A stretch of 64,000 bases of DNA from the human T2T-CHM13v2.0 reference genome, Homo sapiens: assembly GCF_009914755.1 (NCBI RefSeq), contig NC_060931.1. The stretch is one strand, 5' to 3'. The notes below the pieces were generated by a model that ran no database searches, was not told the origin of the DNA, and worked only from the letters and a program-made list of their open reading frames with translations. Shown here piece by piece: positions 53,716 through 64,000 of the stretch (position 1 is the first letter of the stretch; the number at the start of each line of letters is the position of its first letter). A program made the translations under genes and the position numbers.

Positions 53716-55233
53716 CCGATCCCTTCTTTCTGGCAGCATTTTCTCTAGTCTGAGAGAATTAATGCAGTTTTGAAGGAGCTGCATCTGCAATAATTAAATC
53801 AGACCCAATAAAATATAAAACACCTAAGGCACGTAGATATCTTTAATCTGTACATTAAAGAAACAACACTATTTTAAATTACAAAACCTGTACCATATAA
53901 AACACAAAAAAGAAAATTAAAAGCATCCAAAATTGCCACTAAGAATCTTCATTAACATTTTATTGTCTATCTTTCTAGTTTTAAGCAGTATATTTTCTAT
54001 TTAAAATGGAATCAATCCAATATATACTATAACCTATATTTTCATTTAACAATATTTCTGTATCATTATTCTTCCATGATAGAATTTTTGTGTGTTACTC
54101 ATTGTGTGTGTACATCAAATTTAGAGTGTTTCAAAATTTTTTGGTCTTATAAACAATAGATATTCTTGTAGTTAAATTGTTGTTACAATTACCTGTTTAT
54201 TTACCTGATATAAATTCTTAGAAGGGGAATTGCTAGTCAACCTTCTTAAGATTGCCAAACAGCCTTCCAGAAAGTTCTTCCAATTTATATTTCTCCCAGA
54301 AGCATATGAAAACATTTTTCCCATATCCTTGGCGACGTGGAGTATAATCAACTTTTTAAAATCTCTACTGATTAAAATAGTGAAAAACTAAAACATTTTC
54401 ATTCACATTCCTTTGATTGCTAATGAAGGTCTTTTTCTTTTTTTTCATTTTTATTTAAATTTGTTTAAATAAGTTGCCTGATGAGCTAAGCCCCATGATG
54501 GAAGGACGTATGTCTGTTTGTTCATTTAGGTCTCTGGGGCACCTGTAACTGTGCCTGACAAAAATAAGTGCTCAGTAGTTACTGGATGGATGATGTCCAA
54601 CACTTGTAAGACTTCTTTATCCAAGGAATTAACATTTAGATGAGTTTTACCTTTTTTAGTTTATCATGTGCCCTTCAGTTTTACTTATTGTGTTCTCTGC
54701 TACACAGAATTTTTAAAAAATCAAATTAATGTTTTCCTTCATGTTTTCTCTCTCCTTGCCTCAGGATTAGTGATATTATATATACCAAGACTGTGTGTGT
54801 GTGTGTGTGTATGTGTGTGTGTATACATTTTTTTTCTATTTTACTTTTTGTTTTTAAATCATGTGGGCCTTATTTTGCTCTCTTTAGAGTGCAAAATAGA
54901 GTGTTTCATTTTTCCATATAGTGAGCAATTTGTCTCAAAAGTATTTGTTGAATTACATGCCCTTTCTCAGTCAAATCGAACTGCCATTGTCACTGATGTG
55001 AAATGCCTTGTCCTTATCTAAACTTGAATCTCTTTCTGAACTTTCTATTTTTTCATCGGGCTTGCCTCTCTGCACCAGTATCATGCTGCTTTAAAAATTG
55101 TTTTGACATCAGCATAGGCAATTCTCTCCTCATTATACATTTTTCTAAAAATTCTCATTTATTCTCCCATGTTTATTATTTCAGGAACACATGTGAATCA
55201 TATGTTCACATTTTCTTATAAATCTCCATTGAG

Positions 55234-55360
55234 GGCCAGGTATTGGTGGCTCATGCCTATAATCTCAGCACTTTGGGAGGCCAGGGCAGGAGGCTCACTT
55301 GAGCCCAAGAGTTCAAGACCAGCCCGGGTAACATAGTGAGACCGCCAATCTCGAAAAAAA
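55234..55360 (+). mobile_element. FLAM_C / free left Alu monomer
   Basis: Single monomer with a short A-tail; TSD aaatctccattgag/aaatccccattgag. Confidence 0.85.
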
Positions 55361-55797
55361 ATCCCCATTGAGATTTTATTGATATTGCATAACATTTATA
55401 GATTAACTTGGTGACAAAATAGATCATTATAAAAATTCCCTATACAGGGATATCATGTGTCTAGAATTTAATAAAGCATGTTATAGATTCCTTACATATG
55501 TCCTGAACATTTTCTATTGAATTTATTCCTAGATATTTTATGTTTTAATTACCATTTTAATGGAATTTTTTCTTTCATTTGTATTTATTTTCTCACTGGT
55601 TATTGCTCTAGTATTAAAAAGCTATTATTCTGTACATATTTTTAATAAGCCACTTTACTCAATATTCTTTATATATGAGTTTATTAGTCTTTCCAGATAG
55701 ACTGTCTTCTGTAAAGTCTTTTTTATTTTTTCCTCTGTATCAATATTTATACCTCTCATTTTGTTTTCTTACCTTATTGCCATTCTTTAAACTTTGA

Positions 55798-56205
<408 letters not shown>

Positions 56206-56425
56206 TTAATTAGGTTAAAAAAAACTTTATTTCTAAGAATTTTTTTTTAAATCAGGAATGGATGTTGAATTTCATCAAATGTTTTTGATACTAAAGTACT
56301 AGTAATTTTCTTTGTTCTAGTAATATGATTGATTACATTAATAAATTTCCTGAAATTATATCATTCTTATATTTCTAGAATAAACTTACTTTGTCATAGT
56401 ATTTTTAGGATGCAAAGTATTGATC

Positions 56426-56825
56426 ATATACATATCATATATATGGGAGTTTATTAAGTATTAACTTACATGATCACAAGTTCAAACAATAGGCTGTCTG
56501 CAAGCTTAAGAAGCAAGGAGAGCCAGTTCAAGTCTCAAAACTGAAGAACTTGGAGTCCGATGTTTGAGGGCAGGAAGCATCCAGCATGGGAGAAAGATGT
56601 AGGCTGGGAGGCTAAGCCAGTCTCATCTTTTCACATTTTTCTGCCTGCTTTACATTTGCTGGCAGCTGATTAGATTGTGCCCACCAGATTAAGGGTGGGT
56701 CTGCCTTTCCTGGCCCACTGACTCAAATGTTAATCTCCTTTGGCAACACCCTCACAGACAAACCCAGGATCAATACCTTGCATCCTTCAATCCAATCAAG
56801 TTGACACTCAGTATTAACCATCACA
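56426..56825 (-). mobile_element. MLT2A-type ERVL solo LTR (3'-truncated)
   Basis: 'gaacttggagtccgatgtttgagggcaggaagcatccagcatgggagaaag...ccttcaatccaatcaagttgacactcagtattaaccatcaca'. Confidence 0.9.
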
Positions 56826-57552
56826 GACTATTACTTATAATTTTATATTTCATCTATAGTTGGCTCTCTTTGGGGTTCTAATATGTCAAGTTTTGGTATC
56901 AGAGTTATCAAGTTTTCTAAAATAAATGGTAAAGATTTCCATTTCCCTTCCTTTTGGCTTTTAATAACACAGGAATTATGTGTTCTTTGATGATTTAAAA
57001 TAACTTGTATCTAAGTTTCTCTGGATCCAGTACCTTTAACAATAGATCTTTAACAAAATTTCCTACCTTTTCTATGCTTTTTGTTTTATTTTCTCTATTA
57101 AGATTCTCAACTTCTTTTATAAGACTTGATCATTTTCATTTTTATTCTTTAAATCTTTGATTTAATCATGATTTTTGAGTTTATCCACATAAAAATATAC
57201 ATGGTATTTTCACAAAATTTTTCATAATCTCTTTTGTATTTTTGCCTAAGTCTACTTCTCATTATTGATATTTTACGTTGGAATTTTTGTGTATTTTTTC
57301 TTTCTTTTTTTGTTTTGATTAGATTCGTGAGGAGTTTGCCAACATAATTGGCTCTTTTCGAAGAATGGATTTGGGATTTACTATCATTTCTTCACTCTTG
57401 TAATTAATTTTAATTTCAATTTCGTGCTATCTTCCTCCTGATTCCCCTATATTTCTCTTTCTGAATGGAGTTAAAAGCTCAGATTATTTTGTTGTTTCCT
57501 TTCTTTAATAATAAACATACTCGAGACTATAGTTTTCTTTACGGCATATAGC

Positions 57553-57900
57553 TGTATTAGTTAATTTTTGCTAGGTAACGCTGAAGGAACAAATAACATC
57601 AAAACCTCACTGGCTTACAACAGCCCAGGTTTATTTATCTTTTACATTACACGTCCTTTGCATGTTGACTGCAGTTCTGATTAACGTCTTCATTCTGAGA
57701 TCCAGGCTGAACAAACGGCCTCCTCTCTGGGACATGCTGTTCCTGTGGCTGAAACATACAGAGGCTCTTGGAGCTTCTGCTTGGACAAGGCAAACTTTGC
57801 CCCCATTCGCATTCTAGTGGTCAAACCAATGTCACACGTTCAAAGAGAAGGGCATACTGCTGTCACAGGGAGGATGGCAAATAACTGGAAAGATGAACAC
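57553..57900 (-). mobile_element. MLT1I/J-type MaLR LTR
   Basis: 'tgtattagtt...aacaaataacatcaaaacctcactggcttacaacagc...tggtcaaaccaatgtcaca'. Confidence 0.6.
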
Positions 57901-58761
57901 AGTCAACCCAAAAACTTTGGTAATATATTTTGTTTGAGAGGTAATATTCTTACTGTCATTTTTTAACTGTGATTTTTATTTTTTTCATTCACCCATTTTT
58001 AGAAACTAATTTTAAAATTTTTCAGTTCTGAGACCTTTTTTGTTCTAAATTTTTAACATTGTTTTTATTTCTAGTTTTATTGCATCATAGATGGAAAACA
58101 TAGCCCATATGATTTCTACTTTTTGGAAAGCCTTGAGTTTTCTTTAGTGTGTCAATAAATGATTAATTTCTGTTAAATCCCATTGACACTGAACAGAATA
58201 TTTTCTCTATTTGTAACCTGTAATTTTCCACATGGATCTTTTAAGCAAATATCATTAATCATATTATCCCAGTCCTCTATATCCTTATTTATTTTGTCTA
58301 TTTGCTTTGTCTGTGATTGAGCTGAGTGTGTGAAACTCTTGTTATAATCAAAATCTTAGTTTTCCCTTGTACCTCTAATAGTTTATTCTCAGACGATTTG
58401 ATGTTTGCTCAATATTTAGAATGTCAAAAAAATGACTTTAAAAATATGTTGACTGGCTAAAGCACAATTGGTAATTACACTGTGATGATAGCATTTGCCC
58501 CTATCAGATGTGTAAGAGGCACTCTTTCATTGCAAATCATTTTCTTAAAAATGTTATACGAAACACACTTGCTTCCCTGAAGTTTTCTCCTTGAATTTTC
58601 CTTTGTCCAATATTAATACTGCCAACATTATTCTCTTTTTACCTGTATTAACATGTATATTCATGTCTATCTCCTTTTAAAAATTATTTTCAAACTTTCT
58701 GTATCACTTTAAGTATGTCTCTTGTAAACAAAATGTACATTATTTTTAATGAATTCTAAAT

Positions 58762-58868
58762 TTTTTCTTTTTTTTTTTTTGAGAAGGAGTCTTGCTCTGT
58801 CACCCAGGCTGGAGTGCAGTGGTGCGATCTCAGCTCACCGCAACCTCCGCCTCCCGGGTTCAAGCAAT
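58762..58868 (-). mobile_element. 5'-truncated Alu (3' part of right monomer)
   Basis: Poly(T) + 'gagaaggagtcttgctctgtcacccaggctggagtgcagtgg...cgggttcaagcaat'; TSD-like tctaaat on both sides. Confidence 0.9.
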
Positions 58869-59424
58869 CTCTAAATATTTTTATGTTTTATGAGAGTTTT
58901 TAAATCATGACTAGGTATTGTGAATTTAATGTCCTTGTCATTGTGTTAGTTCTTCTGTTATGTATGTGTAGTATGCATGCACAGTCTTTTCCATTTCTTT
59001 TAACTAATAATATAGTCTGTTATAAATTTCACAATTTGCAGATAGGCATGGCTATCCACAAATGTAGAAATTATCCATCCTTACTAAACTTTGAAGAAAT
59101 ATTTTGGCCAACTAATTCCAACTGAAGTGTCGCTACTTCACAAGAGGGCTGGAGCCATTGCTAAAGTTCACCTAAATCTTATATGAAAAACAGAAAAAGG
59201 CAATTATAAACTTATTTTTTTAAACACATAAAAGATAATCTCTCTGAGACTCAGTTTTGATTGCAAAAAAAGAAGAGAAACAGGTGCTGTAGAGCTAGTT
59301 CCTATGTAAGAATTAGAATGTGCTTATTTAAATACTTGTGATTGTTTTGAACTAGTCTAATGAGTTCTCTCTGTTTGTCTAGGACAAGTATCCTTGGCTA
59401 TTCAACCACATTTCCACTATTAAT

Positions 59425-59710
<286 letters not shown>

Positions 59711-59892
59711 CTTTCACTATTAATCTTGACATAAAAAGTTATCACCATTGGTTTCTGTGTTCCTTGGACCAGCTGTGGGCAATGAAACTTTGATTGGGTG
59801 GTTTGACTGAAGAAGAAAATGATCTTCCCAAAAAAGCAGTAGCTGGGCTCCCACCTGGTGCCCAATCCAAGATTGCCCACCTGTTCCTTGAA

Positions 59893-60086
59893 CCTTGGCT
59901 ATTCAACCACACTTCCACTATTAATCATTTCTTTTTCTTTTTGAGATGGTCTTGCTCTGTTGCCCACGCTGGAGTGGAGTGGCATGATCATGGCTCACTG
60001 CAGCCTTGACCTCCTAGATCTAAGAAGAACACTGAAGGAAGGTCCGGTCCAAATCCCTACTCTGCTACTTGTGTAATCTCAGACAA
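59893..60086. repeat. Chimeric local duplication: copy of 59392-59515 fused to a copy of 61597-61667
   Basis: Direct-orientation matches visible by eye (~85-88% identity). The first copy includes the non-Alu flank ccttggctattcaaccaca.ttccactattaat. Confidence 0.9.
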
Positions 60087-62310
60087 CTCTCCAACCCCTG
60101 GCACTTAACCATGGTCTAAACTGGTCGCAGACCCTGCCCTGCCCACTGCTTCCTCAGTAATTGTTCTGACTGTTGCCCCTCATTGGAGTTTTACCATTTT
60201 TCAGTTGGGTGCGCCTATGCTAAGTACTGCAAGAAAAGCAAGTAAAGAGAGTACATAGAACAAAGACATCTAGCTCAGTCTAAAGGTTAGAGAAAGATTC
60301 TTGGTAAAGAAAGTAACACCTGTTAGACTGATAGAGAAGCAACAGGAGAGTTTCAAGATTGTAGGAAGGTGGGGACTCCTTTAATTGTCTGATAAGATGC
60401 TAGACGACCATGTTTGGTTTAGAAATTGTGGTCTCCATAGTAATGAACCTGAAATATATACATGCACACTCTTCAAATATAATGTTCAAAAAGTTAAAAA
60501 TGTGACTCCCGTGCCAATATAAAAGATTTTATTTGACTCACCAATTAATGGGAGAACCCATAAGATGTTAACACTGGTTAAAGGAGAACTTGAAGAACAG
60601 AGGTATCTAAAGGCAGTCAGGAATGCTGAATTAAAGTCAATAACAGATGCAAAACTGGTTAACATCTGAAAGGGCAATAAGACCTAATGTTTAGGACTAT
60701 CTTTTCTAAATCTGCTGCTTTTCTAAATCACTTGCTTTGCTGCGGACAAGAATCATTGGCATTATTATCAAATTTTCTACAAGCTAACTTCTACCCCTAT
60801 GGCTGTAAAATAAGCCTAATCAATGGAGAGCCAATCAAAAGTGCACTCCTTATAGGTTATGCTAGACAATGTCCAGCAAGCCACTGAAAGGACACCTAGC
60901 AGTCTCATTTGCCTGTTTTCAAGTTGTAGACGAATTTTCCTTATAACACCTTAAGTTACGAACAACTAATTTTAATATTGGTTTCCAACAAAGTTGGAAA
61001 AATTTGAGTTGGTCAAATATGTGTGAGCCTACTCCAATGTCTTCAAATATTTATTTCCACCTCCCTGCCTGGATTCAGGTCTGGCCTATATTCTAATGAT
61101 CTCTACTGTGTGTCCCAGGAAGGTCACTCGGGTTTACTCCTGCTATCAAGAGTAACACATTCAGCAAATTCTTAAGCTCTTGTCCTCTTTCCAGCAGCCT
61201 TTTGTGGTCCATTTACAGTCTGCTGGGCTGAGCAGGAAGAGACAGGTTGCTCTGGGCAGTGTTCAACAGCACAGCTCTTTGTCTCTCGCTGTCAGCCAGC
61301 CCTGTCACTACATTGTTCTTCAGGCGGCGTGCCTTTGAACGACTATCTACCCCTCCTGTCTCAACACTGCAGGCAGCATCTGGAGAAATAGCAGCCCTAT
61401 GGAGTTCCTTCTGGTACAGAATAATCCCATTATATTACAATGTGCTATCAACTCGGTTCCACATATTTGTTGAGGACACTTGAGAAAGTCCCGAAGATGT
61501 AAAGGCATGCTCCTTGTTCTCAAAGAGCTTTCCCTCTGTTGGGAGACAAGCCATACCCAAGCAGCAAATGTCAGAGGCTGGCAAGAAGAGCAATGAAGAG
61601 CCAAGAAGAGCACTGAAGGAAGGTTCTACCCAAATCCCTACTCTGCTACTTGTGAGATCTTGGACAAGTTATTTTCAAAATATCATTACAAGTTATTTCT
61701 TTTTTAACAAAATAGCATAATTTATATACCATAAAATCTACCCATTGGAAGTATACAGTTTAGTAAAGTTATTTGTAGTAAATTTATAGAGTTGAGTTGT
61801 GCAAACATTACCGCGATCTGGTTTTAGAACATTTCCATTACCCCACAAAAGTTCCCTCATGACCACTTGTAGGCAATCCTCATTCTCACCCTAGCTCTGG
61901 ACAACCACTGAATGCTTTTTCTTTCCATAGATTTACATTTTCTAGAAATTAATATAAATGGAGGCATACAACATGTAGTCATTTGTGTCTGGCTTCTTTC
62001 ACTTAGCATAACATTTTTGAGTGCCATCCCCGTTGTAGCATGTATTAGCATACATTCATTCCTTTCGATTGCTGAATTGTATTCCATTTTATGAATATGC
62101 CACATTTTGTTTATCCATTCACCAGCTGATGTGTATTTAGATTGTTTCAGTTTTGGCCTATTATGAATAATGCTTCTATGAACATTCACATGTAAATTAT
62201 TGTGTGGATATATGTTATTTATCTTGGGTAAATCCCCAGGAGTAGACTTGTTGAGTTGTAAGCTAAATATCCAACTTTTTAAGAAACTGCCAAACTCTTT
62301 TCCAAAATGA

Positions 62311-62707
<397 letters not shown>

Positions 62708-62989
62708 TCTCTTTTCAATTATAGCTATTCTAATGGGTGTAATAGTATCTTATTGTGGTTTTGATTTGCATTTTCCTAATGGCTAATGATACTGAACATA
62801 TTTTCATGCTCTGACTAGCCATGCACACATCTTCTTGGGAAAAATGCCTATTCAAATCTGGCCCATTTGAAGTTGAACTATCTGTCTTCTTACTGCTGAG
62901 TTGTAAGGGTTGTTTATATTTTCAGGATACAAGTTCCACATTAGAAATAAGATTTGCAAATATTTTCCCCCAGTTGGTGGCTTATCTTT

Positions 62990-63304
<315 letters not shown>

Positions 63305-64000
63305 TAATGGATAAGTTATTTAAGCTATTGAATCTAACCTCAATTGTCGCATATACATTGTAGGTAAATTAATAATATCTACTCTCAAGGTTATTGTAAG
63401 GATTAAAAGAGGCAATATATGTGAAAAATACTTAGCACAAGGCTTGGAAAATATTAGGAGGTTTGCTGAATAATCTGAACATAAGCAAGCACATGAACAG
63501 TGTCAGATTATGGGTTGCAGTGAGTACTCCACTTATACAGGGAGGAAAGAAGTCAAGCATGGGTGGAAGGTTCCAAGCTCCACAGCTAGAATAAAACTTT
63601 GAGATGCGCATTGAAGAAAGAAAGCAGCTGACACGTGAAGGCAGCCCAGGCTAGGAAAGCAGCCAACAAAGGCACAGATGCAAGAGTGAGCACAGCTTGC
63701 GAGGACACAGAAGCGAGAGCAATATTCTACAGAGGAACATGGGTCATCCCATGTTCCCACATTGTATTTTTCACACAGTGCCAAACAGCATTAGAGCCTG
63801 AGACAGACTATGTGAAATAGGCATTTCATCCCGTTCTCAGTCAAGTTATAAAAAGTGATCTTCCTATTTCAAAAGAGGAAATCAAAGAAATGGCAAGAAG
63901 ATTCCAGCCAATGTAAAAATATGTCACCGATACTGTGGAAAACTGCAAATATATTATTTGAGGTGGAGATAACTGTGGTGCCTGACAAAGATGGGCAGGG

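Overview
Primate (human-like) non-coding genomic DNA, intronic or intergenic. It is CpG-depleted, and I cannot support any protein-coding exon, RNA gene or CRISPR array. The ORF track is essentially noise or transposon remnants. About half the window is fossil mobile elements: about 13 Alu/FLAM copies, a 5'-intact but rearranged L1PA15/16-like LINE-1 (44126-50375), a near-full-length Tigger1 (20607-22948), a Tigger8-like element, several L1M fragments, MaLR/ERVL LTRs (MLT1/MLT2), hAT MITEs, and MIR/L2/L3 remnants. Subfamily names come from remembered consensus sequences and need RepeatMasker/Dfam confirmation. The notable structure is a set of local templated copy events that ordinary repeat annotation would not explain. 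(1) A ~550-bp, ~85%-identical inverted repeat of apparently non-TE sequence (14007-14565 / 15045-15585), whose right arm splits a Tigger8 fossil and which could form a long RNA hairpin. (2) A 204-bp inverted copy inside the L1 (48360-48563 vs 49131-49334), 60 bp from a ~1.3-kb ORF2 deletion. (3) A ~195-bp chimeric insertion stitched from two separate local templates (59893-60086). (4) Micro-templated scrambles and a perfect 54-bp tandem duplication. There is also a CpG-retaining GGT/GGC triplet repeat inside an ATG-started polyglycine ORF (33739-34029) and a strong CTCF-type motif at ~40032.
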